Origin: Selaginella moellendorffii
Lineage: Eukaryota > Plantae > Lycopodiophyta
Reading direction: 5' to 3'
DNA length: 64,000 bases
Assembly: GCF_000143415.4 (NCBI RefSeq)
Contig: NW_003314315.1
Location: forward strand, 1,239,514 to 1,303,513
This document shows positions 47,630 to 59,971 of the stretch, piece by piece. Position 1 is the first letter of the stretch, and each line of letters starts with the position of its first letter. The notes below the pieces were generated by a model that worked only from the letters and a program-made list of their open reading frames with translations, made no database searches and was not told the origin of the DNA. The position numbers and the translations under genes are program-made.

Positions 47630-48763
47630 TCAGGGCTGCTGCTGATGTTGGTGTAGAGGCGAAGGACTGAGCACCGAAGCTGGATCGGAGAGAAGATGGT
47701 GGTGGTGGTGGTGCTGCTGCATATCATGAGGCGGCGGAGGAGGCGGAGCAGCAGCGCCACCACCAGCACCACTACCTGGACCGGGTGGAACGTTGGCACC
47801 ACCAATAGATGAGGAGGAGGGACTGCCGAGAGACGACCTCTTTCCAAACGTATGCTTGTTGTTGTGCATCCACACCTTGAGGACGTGCCGCTTGACCCCG
47901 ACCTCGGCACAAAAGTGCTGCACCGCCGCCTCGTCATGCTTCTGGATCCTCCACCCCACCTTCTCCGCAAACATGTACATCTTCTCCTTCTGGTCCATGC
48001 TGAACTTGGTCCGGAACCGCTTCTTCATGCTCAGTGGCGACATGTCGTGGTGATCGCCCTCGCCCCGGCTGCTCAGCGCCAACAGGCTCATGGGGGCGTT
48101 GCCTGTTCGTGGCCCCAGCGACGCCGCCGAGGATGCTGCAAGCGGCAAGGCGGAAGCAGTAGCAGCAGCAGTATTGCAAGTGGTCTGTAGTGCGCTTGGA
48201 GTGTGGCCACCACCTTGCTGCTGCTGCTGCTGCTGGAGAACACCAGCAGCGATGGCGGCGGCCTTGCGGTTGCGTTCTCTCCTGTTCATGTGGCAAATGT
48301 CGCAGACGAGGGGCTCGCCTTCCACCTCGCGCTTGTGGAAGTTGCGGTGGCAGTCGCAAGCGGCGCACTTGAGAGCCTCCATGGTGCCTTCCTCGCCGCA
48401 GGGCATGAATTCGCCGCACCCGTCCAGCGCATGGCCGCCGATGCTGGCCGCGTGGTTCTTGAGACACTCGCGGTAGTGTACCGTCTTGGATTTGGCGCCG
48501 CCGGCGCCGCCGCTGCTCTTCCCAGGCGGCACCATCACCAAGCTGCCGATTTGCTGCTTGCCATCGTCTCCTTCTCCTCCTGGCATCCCGTTTGTGGGAG
48601 TGCTTGCGAGCCTTCCCACCAGCCTGTCGTGGAGAGGTGGAGGAGGAGGCTGTGGTTCCTGACCTGGCGGCGCTGCTGCAAATGCAAGAGCGTCACCTCC
48701 AGACTCGGCCTTGAAACTGTCGGGCTGCATCGATGCTAGAATCCGCGAGCCACCCAGGAGCAT
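47630..48763 (-). CDS. ZF-HD (zinc finger-homeodomain) transcription factor, single exon
   Basis: YRECLKNHAASIGGHALDGCGEFMP..ALKCAACDCHRNFHKRE; KKRFRTKFSMDQKEKM..AEKVGWRIQK..VLKVWMHNNK. Confidence 0.97.
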   Translation of the reverse strand: MLLGGSRILASMQPDSFKAESGGDALAFAAAPPGQEPQPPPPPLHDRLVGRLASTPTNGMPGGEGDDGKQQIGSLVMVPPGKSSGGAGGAKSKTVHYRECLKNHAASIGGHALDGCGEFMPCGEEGTMEALKCAACDCHRNFHKREVEGEPLVCDICHMNRRERNRKAAAIAAGVLQQQQQQQGGGHTPSALQTTCNTAAATASALPLAASSAASLGPRTGNAPMSLLALSSRGEGDHHDMSPLSMKKRFRTKFSMDQKEKMYMFAEKVGWRIQKHDEAAVQHFCAEVGVKRHVLKVWMHNNKHTFGKRSSLGSPSSSSIGGANVPPGPGSGAGGGAAAPPPPPPHDMQQHHHHHHLLSDPASVLSPSPLHQHQQQP

Positions 48764-50793
48764 GAACACTGCTCGACAGAGAAAGAGCGAGCGTTGTTGT
48801 GGCCGCGCCGCCCGTGGCGAAGCTAGTTAGGAGAGCTTACTCCTCCCTCGGACTGGAAGCAGCATATATAGCGCATCTGTGTGTGGTTGTGTGTAGAATT
48901 CCGCACCGCTATTTTCTTCAGCTGCCGCTACCGCATTTACCCGGTGACGAGCCCTGCCTCTTCTTCTTGCAGCCGCCACCACGACGTTGGAGATCTGCTT
49001 GGTTCATCACCACCACCCTCTCGGATCCGGATTGGCGGCTGCTGCTGCTGAAACACCACGATTCCTCCGTCGCCGCTGCTGCTGCTCCAACACCACACTG
49101 GATGCCTGCTCCATAAAAACCCCATTCATGAATCAGTTAGTGCCCGGCTTTCTAAAGAAATCTCCCTCTCTCTTCTCTTCCTCGAGCCCTCTAGAGCTCT
49201 CCCTCTCTTCTCTTCTAACGCGTTGATCCTCTTGACACATTCTTATACTTGGAGGAAAAGGAAGGAAAACTACAACAGGAAACTGTGGCCGGGGTAAAAG
49301 GAAGAACCTTTTGCTTCTACCTAAGCTAATGAACATATTGATCGATCATCATCATCAAGAGATTCATGGGAAGCGTGATCAAGGAGAAGTTACCGACCTA
49401 GTAGCAATGCAGCAGCCGTAGCAGCAACAGCGGTCGAGAGGAAGATAGAGAGCGAGAAAGAGATGGATGAAGCAGCTGCTTCGAGAGAAAGAGAGAGAGA
49501 TGGGGAGGATGATTTCAAGAGAGATTAGAGCTGGAGATGAGAGGCGAAGAGGAAAAGAAGTGATTTGAGGATGAAGACAGCCTGCTGCTGGCCATGGGCT
49601 GCTGCTGATGCAACAACAACAATGACCACTCCTCGTTGTTTCGTCGGAGCACAAATCCAAAAGATGCTTCTTTTGTTCCCGTGTGTCAAAGATAAAAAGG
49701 AAAAAGAAAGAAAACATAAACCAAGCTTTTTTACCGCGCCATGTGTACATTCATCGGACAGCCGAGTTGCTCGCTTCAAGCATTGCCATGAGAGAGAGAG
49801 AAAAAAAAGAGGAAAAGAAAGCAAGCAGACGAAATGATCCCTCCTCCTGACTCACGGGAGAGAGAAACACTGGTAGTAGTACCACAGACATTTAAACAAG
49901 TTTACTTAGCTGCGTCAAAACCATAATTGGTTGCCATGATAAAGCCATGGCAAGCAAGCTCCATACCATGGGTGTCCGGAGCTCGATTCCAACTCGCCTC
50001 CCCACCAAAAAATACCGTTAGCATGGAAATCACTCCCTGCATTTTCTATACAGTTTGGCATTATTGTTCTGGCTTCATGTCGAGCTCGTTTAGTTGCAAC
50101 ATAACGTACTCAAACCGCAAAAACAACCCTTGGCTGGCTTGGTGTGTGAGGCCCGTCAAAGATTAAAGAGAGTCAACTCCTGGAGATGGTATACACAGTA
50201 TGTAACGCGTCGAGCTCTTTGATTTTTTGTTGTAAAAGAAGAAACTTGTGGAAGAATTACATGTAGTTGTAGTAGTAAGAGAAAGGAGTCGGGCTTTTAG
50301 TCCGTCCGTGGGCGCGCGTACAACGTTCCTCTCGTGGGTCCCGGGCGCCCCGTGAGCTTCTGCCAAGCCAAAGCCACCCCACCACCAGCTTTGCATTTGC
50401 ATTTACATTTGTCAAAGAGCAAAACAAGCACAAAATCACAACACTGATCAATCATGGCATTCATGAATGGAACTTCGCTCTTTTGCTGTTATAAAAAGTT
50501 GGTGGCCTATTTAATGAGGGGCTTGACATGCCATGGCATGGTATATACAAGTTACAGAGCATGGATTCCAGCAGCTAGTGGTCCATTCCATTCCAGAAAG
50601 AGTGAAGAAAGGATCACAGGGTCTCCTCCTCTCAACTTGTGCTGAACATTTTCTTAAATGCTGGGTGAGTAAGCCTGTGAGTAAGTGAGTGATCTGCACG
50701 ATTCAGGAGGCAGCAGCAGCAGCAAGCAGGGCAGCAGCAGCACTTTTGCTTCTTTGCTGATTTGATTTGAAATGATGATGATGGAGTGACACC

Positions 50794-50831
50794 ATATATA
50801 TATATATATATATACACATATATGTATATAT
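50794..50831. repeat. (AT)n microsatellite
   Basis: atatatatatatatatatata run with interruptions. Confidence 0.9.
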
Positions 50832-52148
50832 ACTAGTAGCCATGGAGGAAGTGCTTGTTTGTGGACCCCTCTTCCTGAATCACTGCCCGTCCCGTTTCTA
50901 TCATCACTCGTTGGAAGCAAAAGCATTTGAATTGAAGCGAGAGTCTATGTGTATGTGTGTGTCATTCCACTGAGAGCAGCTGCCCTTTATAAGTTTTTGG
51001 GGAGACTTGCTGGGGACTTGCTTTCTGCCGCTGCTGCTGCTGCTGTTGCTGGGCTGCTGAGCACTGCTGATGCTGTGTTGGCGGTGTCGGTGTCTGTATG
51101 TGTGCTGTGCGGTGTGGTTTGTTGTTGCTATGCTTTCATAAATCACGGGTAAGAAAACAAACAAGCAATCCGCCCCTGCAACAACTGCTGCAACAGCAAC
51201 AGCTGCTCCTCCTCTATGTAAAGTGCACCTCTATTACAGCTCCTCTTTACATTCCAACCAAAGAGTGGAGAAAAGAGTGTATAATTGTATGCATGGCACT
51301 GCATGACAGGCATCACACCATACAAACAAACAAACCATCGATTTATCTCATCACGGGGTCCTCTCGCCTAGTAATTACCCATGATCCACTACAAACAACG
51401 ACACAAACAAGAGCAAGATATCATCTTCTAAGCCAAGCTTTAAATTAATTTAGTCCACCTTCGTCTGTCTTCTCTCTCTCCGCTTGTTTGACCGCATTTA
51501 CTAGTGTTCCTGGTGTCTGTGAGCTAGTGTCTGCGAGCGACTTCACTTTATAAATTTTTTTCTAGAACCCAGCAAGGTACATAGAATATTCTGGCTCTTG
51601 AGGCCAGTGCCAAGGATGGATCATGGATGGATGGAGGGAGCTCTTAGAAACTGTACAGTAACCAAGTAGCCGAGAAGGAATGATATGATGACCCACAAGA
51701 ACTCAAGCGTGGTGTGTTGGCCACTGGCTAGCTAGCTAGGCTAGCTAACTTATTCTTTAAACTTGAAAGTGGAAATGGATCGATCGAGATGGATGCATGG
51801 ATGAGTGGATGGATGGATGAATGGATCGAGAGAGATCGATGGCTGCAAGATCCAAGCAAGTGAGCTATACATAAGCTACGCGTACAAACAAACCACCAAA
51901 AACGATCAAAGCGTATTGCACGCGACCTGGTGTTATGACAGACGTGGTGGTACCGTCAGGACGCCGTATGGCTCGACCGATAAGTACCGGACGGACGGAG
52001 GAGACTGAGCAAGCACAGGCAGCCCCCGGCGCGTGAGGCCGGACGGACTACGACACTCGTCGATTCGGTCCGTGAGACAAGCTCCCTCCCAAAAAGCATT
52101 TGTATTTACCTTTCTTTCCTTGGTGAGCATGGCGCACTAGGATCATTG

Positions 52149-54215
52149 CTATTGCCTCCGTGACCGCCGGTCGTATGGATCGATCCAGCATTTGTCGTCC
52201 TTCACAGCTGCCGTCCACCTCTTCTTGAACAGCCTCATTTCAGCCTGGGCACGCCTCCTTATCTGAAACAAGCAAACGCCCCGAGTAAGTGGCGGAAAGG
52301 TAGGCAAGACAAAAAATTTCTTGCACTGCTGCACAGACTCACCTCCTTTCTTGCGTCAACTCCCGACCCAGCAGCCGGCTGCACGACGAAGTACCACGGT
52401 CAGCTACAAAAGCAGCAGCGATTCTAAAAAGGGAGCGGGCGGGCGACTTACCGGAGGAGTATGGTCGTCGGCGGAGCTCTGCATGAATCAGGTGAGGTTA
52501 GAGAGACTTTAATATCAGATTCTGACCTTTTTTATGGGGATGACTCCACCACCGAGCGATGGAATGCCGCGGTGTATGAGATACTGAGTGTCGACAACGC
52601 CAACATTCCTAGTTGGATCGCCCTGGAAAACGCTCTTGAGAATCACAAACAAGCACATTTACTGCGACAGACCTCCGCACAGTAGCCGAGCTTCATATCC
52701 ATGCCCCATCCATGAACGAGGTCGTTCTAGAGCAGCACAACATTTTTCGGAATCAAAATTACTCTCTGGTCCCCCACGAAATTAAATGGCCAGCTGAGGT
52801 ACCTGAATGAGATGCCAGGCACATCGCCATGCAGAACGACTAAACACGGGAGCCATCATCTCCACCCACCTACATAAACAGCGGACGAATAAAGAAAGTT
52901 TATACCAGCAGCCCCCTTACAACGCCAGTACCCTGTACATGGAGGTTGTGTACTGTTGTTGCCACAATACTCTCTTCCCCGATTCATGTAGATCCTCCTG
53001 GAAACAAGTGAGAAGGCGTGAGTTTTCCAAACACCAAGTCCCTGTCCAATACTCACCGGTGGACCCTCGTCTTCTTGTTCCGGACAGTGATTCGGTGATG
53101 GACTTCGGACGAGAGGGATGGATCCAAGGCCGGTTGAGATATCTGCAGCCCTTCTTTCCTCACGATTTCGAGGTATCTGGAAGCAAACAAACTCATCACT
53201 TGTCTTGAAATCCAAAAGCGAATAATAATCTAGCGAGAAACCTGTCTGCTCGGAAGTGATCTACTCCGAGGTCTTCATCCCACACAAAAATAAACTCGTA
53301 CGCCGAAACAACATCTGGATGCATGAACCGTTTGGCAAACCACCTGAGCCAAGCAGCACACAAAAACGTATTCAAAACAAGAAAGAGTGACTGTGAGCGA
53401 CAATTGCAAACGAACCACTTTGTCTGGTTGATGGCCACAATATGGATGGCACTGCCGAACCAGGGAAGATCGCTCCAACGATCTACGACACCGTCGTAAT
53501 GGAACAGCATTATCGTGAAGTTCGTCACCGGAAACTAGAATTCCAAAATAAAAGGTATGGTTTGCTTTGAGCATAAGAAACCAAGCAACGTACTTTTCGA
53601 GCGATTTGATCCACGCCTCGTTTCTGCTGGATTCCAGCTGCGATTGCTAACAAGCTTTTTTGCAAGGCCTAGACAGTCACAAAAAAGAAAGGTACAGTGT
53701 TTCATAAAGCAATAGCTTGCTACCTTTTTCTTGGACGATCTCCACAGTGGTTTTAGTTCCATGTCCGACGCTGCCTCTACAATTCCGCGTGGTAGCGCCT
53801 CGCTCCCTCGCGGACATCTCTTGCTCTGTAAGGTAAGGCACGCTACAGCGGACTGAGAATAAAGGAAAATGTTTGATACGTACTCGGCATGCGATCGAGC
53901 TGGAGACAAACATGAGCGTGGAGCCATCCCAAATGCCATTGATCTGTAGCCAAAAAGATAAGCAAAAACGCGATTTGATCGACGATCAGAGCTTTGCTTA
54001 CGTTGGTGTATTGGTCGCTGACGAGCAAACTACAGAGAAAGAGTGTGATCATGACGAAGGAAACAGTGACCAAGACCGTTCTCGGCTTCCATACTCTGGC
54101 GATGGACTTGGCGCAAGCATCCGGCTCGACCTTCTGGCGATCGATCAATCCAAATGCGAGCACATCAGCGATCCGCTAAGAAAAGAAAAAAGAAAGAAAG
54201 TATAGGTCTTGCCAT
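52149..54215 (-). CDS. DUF707 family protein (type II membrane, multi-exon)
   Basis: PRGSEALPRGIVEAASDMELKPLW, FTIMLFHYDGVVDRW, NQTKWWFAKRFMHPDV..YEFIFVWDEDLGV, PPCTG, IRRRAQAEMRLFKKRW..A..DDKCWIDP. Confidence 0.92.
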
Positions 54216-54590
54216 TGCCGCGCCTGGATCGCTCCCCGGATGGATCTAGCAGCAAGAATCCAACGATTAGGGGTCGCGAAAGAGGAGCACACACCACTGT
54301 TGCTGGGCGGTGACCTATCAAGAAGAAAGAAGAAAGAGGAATAAAAAAAAAAGAAGCTCCGCCTACTTCAAGACCACCCCCTCACGGCACTTGATCGTCC
54401 GTGTCATACACACATACACACATTTTTGCTTTCTTTCTCTCTTCTCTCTCCTTTCTGCTGGCCCGCCCTGCCACGCTGGACGCCAGCTCGGACGCCTAAC
54501 TTGGGCGCGCTGACTGGATTTTCTTGGAATCGCGATCTAGCTCAAGTGGAGAGAGATGGGCAATGTCGTGTGATTCGTGGGCGAGCCGCG

Positions 54591-55837
54591 ATGGAAGGCA
54601 GCGGCGACAGTGGCAGATCTTGGATGGTGCGGGGTGTGCTGGTATTGGGAGGGGTGGCGGCGGCAGCTATGGCGTGGCGGCGAGGAATGTGGTGGCGGAG
54701 CCGGTCGCGCGTCGTTGGGATCATTCCCGCGCGCTATGCTTCCTCGCGCTTCCAAGGCAAGCCCTTGGCTCTCATACTTGGCAAGCCCATGATCCAGGTG
54801 AGAGCCTTTAGTTAGATGGATTTGATCTCATGGTGCGTGGGGTGATAGAGGACGTGGGAACAAGCCAGGCTCGCGAAGACTCTCGACGCTCTAGGTAGGC
54901 AGAAGAGAAACAATGCTTGCAATGCAATTTACTTCTCCTCTCGTGTCCATAGTTGTGGCCACCGACGACGAAAGGATTCGACAATGCTGCGAGGAATTTG
55001 GCGCGGAGGTTGTCATGACATCGGAGAAGTGTCCCAACGGTAAGCCGAGGTCTTCCTTTTGGGTTTGAGGGGATTGAGCAGTGAACCTTAGGAACCGAGC
55101 GCTGCAACGAGGCTGTCAAGAGGCTCAAGCGCAAGTTCGACATCGTCGTCAACATCCAAGGTGATGAGCCCCTTATCGATCCGGATATCATCGACGGGGT
55201 GGTGATGGCGTTAAAGGTAGACGCAAAAGAGATGCTTTTTCTTTGAATTCAAGGCATTGAACAGGCTTCGCCGGATGCCATGTGTAGCACCGCAGTCACG
55301 TCGTTAAAGCCTCAGGATGCCTCGGACACGAACAGGGTCAAGTGCATTGTGGACAAGCAAGGCTATGCCATATATTTCTCGCGAGGTTTGCTACCTTTCA
55401 ACAAGTATGGAAGAGAGCAAGGATCCTCTACGTCGTCCTCACCTTTTCGTCTTCTCTGTTTCACAGGAAAGGAGTGGCCAACGACAAGTTTCCTTACTTA
55501 CTACACCTTGGCATCCAGGTAGCTCTCTCGGTGATGCTGTACTTCGGCGATCTGAATTTCTGTCTGTCTTGCATGACAGTGCTATGACGCACACTTTTTG
55601 TCCATGTATCCCCTGATTGCGCCAACCGCTCTTCAGCTGGAAGAGGATTTGGAGCAGCTCAAAGTCATTGAGAATGGCTATAAAATCAAGGTTCGTTTGC
55701 TTCCTGTGCTTGTCTCTAGCGGCGCTTCTGTTTCCTTCCTGCAGGTGATCAACGTGGATCACGATGCACACGGTGTGGATTCCCCTGGCGACATCGCCAG
55801 CATTGAGTCTCTAATGCGGGGGAGGAACATCGCCTAA
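54591..55837 (+). CDS. KDSB: CMP-Kdo synthetase (3-deoxy-manno-octulosonate cytidylyltransferase)
   Basis: N-terminal TM; [76 protein letters not shown]. Confidence 0.96.
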
Positions 55838-56779
55838 AGAGAAGCGATAAAGATTTAGATGACAAACAAAGGTAGCTCTCTCTTTTCCCTGTCCTGTCGT
55901 GCGTAATATTTTCTCGCAGGGCAGCCAGCCATCGCCATCCAGGTCAAGCGTGAAAATGACACCAAACGCTTGTGTGCTTGGACAAGACAAGTTATTGTAG
56001 AGCCAACCAGCCAGCAAAAGTCGTTTGTCCGGCGAGGATATCGCAGCAGCAGCATTGCAAGTCGGCGCGCGGGGGAAGAGAAAAGAAAAGAATGATCTGA
56101 TCCCGGCGTCAGACGATTCATAAGCCTCTTTGTACTTGCGCAGGCAGCCGAGCAATCCTCTCTTGCTATTCTCCACGGCTCGCTGCGACTTTGTGGTGAC
56201 ATGAACCTTTGGCGACGCGCCAGCCAGGCAGCGGCCAGCATACAGGCACACAGTGATAGCAAAGCAGCATGCAGGGATTTTATTCGTCCTCCGCTTTCTC
56301 GTCGCTCCCTCCATCTTCTCAGATGATGCAGCGCCACTGGCCGTGGACGACGAATGTACCGCAAGGACTCTTGAATGCAATGGAGCAGTGGCCCGTGAGG
56401 TGATGAGGAGTTGATGGCGATTTATCTGAGCGAGGCGGCCAGCAGCACTCGCTCGCATTTTACGAGCATTTTTATCTCTCGGACTTCCCTGTGACTTGTG
56501 GCTGGCTGGCTGGCTGTGGCTGGCTGCCTCAAACTGGTAGTCAGATAAGATTTTGATCTGTGAGTGAGTGACAGCCAGCTATGTCTGTCTACAAACACGG
56601 TGATGCGTGTTGATCCAATCACTTCTCCCATTCATTTCTCTTTCTCCTTGTCCGGTAGTTGTCTAGCAACAAGCACTAGCGAGCAAAGCATCTGCATTTG
56701 CTACTGGGCGGACCGGACGCCACAACTCACGGGTGAGTAGGGCTAGCGGCGAGCTTGGCAAAGGAACTAGAACACAGGA

Positions 56780-58093
56780 ATGGTGGCCGGGACGAAGAAC
56801 AAGAGTCGCGAGAGGAAGATGGTGGCACTGGGCTTAGTTCTAGAATCGGTGATGTTGCTCAGCATCGCCACGTCGTGCGCCGCCAAGACAGCCGCAGTGG
56901 ACATCCAGGCGCTGCAGCAGATCAAGTCGTCCATCGACCCATCCACGCTGCATTCCTCGTCGTGCCTGGGCAGCTGGGACTTCTCGCACGATCCCTGCGA
57001 CGCTACCTCCTCCACATCCTTCGTCTGCGGCATCCGCTGCGACGAGGAACTGCAAGAGGAGGGCGCCTCGACCCGGCCTCCAAGGCGAGTGACGAGCATC
57101 GTGCTCGACGGCTATGGCTACCGCGGCTTCCTCTCGCCCTTCGTCGGCAACCTCTCTGCATTGCAGGCGCTGGACGTGTCCGGGAATGCTCTATCCGGGG
57201 CGCTGCCGGCGTCGCTGGGGAAGCTGGCACGCCTCCGCCGCCTGGACGTGAGCGGCAACGCCTTCTCGGGTGGCATCCCGGAGTCACTGGGCGAGCTACG
57301 CTCCCTCGAGCACCTGGGCCTGGCGCGCAATGCGCTGTCCGGCACCATCCCGGCCTCGCTCTCCCGCCTCTCGTCCCTGCGCCGTCTCGACCTCTACTCC
57401 AATCTCCTGTCGGGCGAGCTCCCCATCGCCATGCCCGCCATGTCCAGCCTCTTGTACCTCGACGCCAGCAGCAACAGGATCACGGGGCCGTTCCCGGGCC
57501 GCTTGCCGCCGTCGCTCGTCCGCCTCTCCCTCCGCGACAACCGCCTGTCGGGACAGCTGCCCTCCAACTTGGGCGACATGGCGGCCCTCGAGGTGCTGGA
57601 CGTGAGCCGCAACGCGCTGTGGGGCGCCCTCCCCGACTCCATCTTCCTCCATCCCTCGCTCCAGCAGGTGAATGTGGCGGGCAACGCGTTCCAGTGGATC
57701 CAGACGCCCGGCCTGGCGGCGATGCCGCTGGTGGTGCTGGGCAGCAAGATGGTGGCGCTGGATGCCAGCCACAACAGGCTGCGCGGGCCGCTGCCGCCAT
57801 TTCTGGCGGAGCTGCCGCGCCTGTCGTCGCTATCGCTCACTGGCAACATGCTGGGCGGCACCATCCCGCTCCAGTACGCGATCAAGGCGGTGGAGTCGGC
57901 GGTGGGGATCCAGCCACTGCGGCGGCTCTTCCTGGATGGGAATTTGCTGGTGGGGGCACTCCCGTTTCCCTTCCTCACCTGGTCGCCCTCCGCCACCCTC
58001 ATCTCCGCAAGCTTTGCTAACAATTGTCTCCATAGCTGCCCACCAAGCCTCCCCTTCTGTGGAGCTCAAAGGCCGGCCACCCAATGTAGCTAG
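56780..58093 (+). CDS. Secreted leucine-rich repeat protein (no kinase), single exon
   Basis: Signal peptide, SWDFSHDPC..FVCGIRC, plant LRRs, C-terminal NNCLHSCP..PFC..QRP..QC. Confidence 0.93.
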   Translation: MVAGTKNKSRERKMVALGLVLESVMLLSIATSCAAKTAAVDIQALQQIKSSIDPSTLHSSSCLGSWDFSHDPCDATSSTSFVCGIRCDEELQEEGASTRPPRRVTSIVLDGYGYRGFLSPFVGNLSALQALDVSGNALSGALPASLGKLARLRRLDVSGNAFSGGIPESLGELRSLEHLGLARNALSGTIPASLSRLSSLRRLDLYSNLLSGELPIAMPAMSSLLYLDASSNRITGPFPGRLPPSLVRLSLRDNRLSGQLPSNLGDMAALEVLDVSRNALWGALPDSIFLHPSLQQVNVAGNAFQWIQTPGLAAMPLVVLGSKMVALDASHNRLRGPLPPFLAELPRLSSLSLTGNMLGGTIPLQYAIKAVESAVGIQPLRRLFLDGNLLVGALPFPFLTWSPSATLISASFANNCLHSCPPSLPFCGAQRPATQCS

Positions 58094-58301
58094 AGCTAGT
58101 AGTATACTTTTTTACGTCTTCCAAGTTACCACCACCACGACCACCACCGCCACCACCGCCACCGCGCCACCACCGTCGCCGCCACCGTGGATGTTGTAAT
58201 TTTTCTAGCAGGAATCGAACACCTCTCCTGTATCGCGGCTACCTACGATATAGCGTAGTCTGTCGGTGGTGGACGTCCGTCGCGCGCGGAGAGATCCATT
58301 C

Positions 58302-59035
58302 ATGGCGCTCGCATCACCTGCATTGGCGCTTCCCCTGTTGTTGCTCGCTTCTTCGTTGGCGCTGCTGAGAGTTCGCTCGGACGGTAAGTTCTTCCTGCCA
58401 AGCTCTAGATCTGCTCGCTACTTCTTGCAATACGCCCTCTTTCTATCGCTAGAATGGCTCAAACTTGGTCTCATGCCTCCTGGATGATATGGATGATCGC
58501 GCAATGCGCAGATGCGGTGGAGAGCCAGCTTCTCAACGACATCAACATGTACCGGAGCAACCTGGGGGCGCCTCTCCTGTCGCCCAACCCGGGAGCTTCG
58601 TGTCTGGCGGACAAGTTGGCTGACCACTTCCAGCACATGCCATGCGACAACGTAACCGAGGCACAGACATCCCCTGGCCTCACGCCCGATTTCCCCGACT
58701 ACCCCTCCATGCTCGCCGAGTGCCGCCTCGACCTCGCCAACACCACCGGTGGTCAGGTCCTCGTCGACTGCATCCCCGCCTCCTCCGACGCTGCCGGCAC
58801 GGCCTTCCAAAACCTTACGCGCTCGCAAGAGTACCAGAGGTTCATCAACTCGTCCGACTTTTCCTCCATTGGAATCGGCAACGAAGACGCCTGGTTCGTT
58901 CTGGTTCTGGGAACCAAGGCTAGCAACGCCAATTTCAACCAGTCACAGGCATCGGCGGCGGCAGCAGGAGCACAGCTACTGTCGCTCGTGCCGATTATCG
59001 TCGTGGTTGGGGCAGCTCTCCTGTCTCTCTCGTGA
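58302..59035 (+). CDS. Plant GPI-anchored protein (CAP/SCP-like fold), 2 exons
   Basis: Signal peptide exon; LLNDINMYRSNLG.P.L..NPGASCLADKLA, FPDYP..LAECRL, IGIGNEDAWFVLVL; hydrophobic C-terminal GPI signal. Confidence 0.88.
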
Positions 59036-59255
59036 TTGGAATACACTCGTCCATTCCAATCTTGTTATTGTAATCTAAGCTATAGAGCGAGCGTAGAAGA
59101 CGGTTAGTGATTTTGGTGATGACGAAAGAACGAACCTGTTTAGCTTTTAGTGTTGTTTGGTGATCCATCGCCACCTTTCTCAGTGTGGTGGAACATCTTT
59201 GTCTGCCGTGTGTTTGTTTATACCTGCCGGAATAGATCGATGTGGTTTGCTTATA

Positions 59256-59948
59256 TCAGCTGCCAGAGACGCTGATGTGGTTGTTGCTGTTGTCTTTGCT
59301 GCTGGTGGTGCTAGATTTAATCTTCTTGTGGGGCACTCCAAGCCCTGTAGTAGCTGTGGCTGATGGCGGAGTCGTCGCACAAGCAGCAATGGCCAGAGCT
59401 GTCTCAACCGCGCTCATGTTGTTGCTGTTAGTGTTGGTGTTATTGTTGGTGGCGGTGTAGCTTTGTCTCTGTTGTTGGTGATGATCCTCCGCCACCATCA
59501 ACTTGGACCGGGTGCCATAGAAGCTCTCGAGCAGATCAATCACCCGGGTGTCAAACAAGGCAGGCAGCTTGTTTTGCTTCTTCTGCTCCTTGGTGAGGCA
59601 TGTGTAGGGAGTTGCCTTGACGCTGCGGTGCCATTCTTTGATCGTCTTGAAGTCGGACAGCAGATTGTCCCACTTCCCCCTGCACTGGTCCAGGTCCCGG
59701 TCCATGATCCCATTCTCCCGCAGAAACTCCACCACCTTGACCCATTTGTCCACCGCGCTCTCGAACTTGCTGCTCTTGCTGCTCTCGGTCCTCTCCCACT
59801 CGTCCTTTTTGGCTTGCACCAGCAGCAGCACCTCGTGAATGTTCCAGTTCCTCGATCGCTTGCGCTTCTCGGCTGCTGCAAACAACGGTGTAAGCACCAC
59901 AAGCCAAATCCTCAACAGCTCACCTCCACAGCTTATTTACGTGTTCAT
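59256..59948 (-). CDS. Trihelix (Myb/SANT-like) transcription factor, ASR3-like; start region disrupted or unresolved
   Basis: RSRNWNIHEVLLLVQAK..DKWVKVVEFL..RDLDQCRGKWDNLLSDFKTIKEW..KLPALFD. The nearest in-frame ATG (59948) is followed by TAA at codon 4. Confidence 0.75.
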
Positions 59949-59971
59949 GAGTGACTAGGGAGAGAGTTTCA

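Noticed and set aside
51622-51645. miR159/319-like string tggatggagggagctct
   Set aside because: Needs a gap and mismatches, lies in a GGAT repeat and has no complementary star arm nearby.
55811-56458. 215-aa and 169-aa minus ORFs downstream of KDSB
   Set aside because: No motif or consistent exon structure recognised; a lineage-specific gene cannot be fully excluded.
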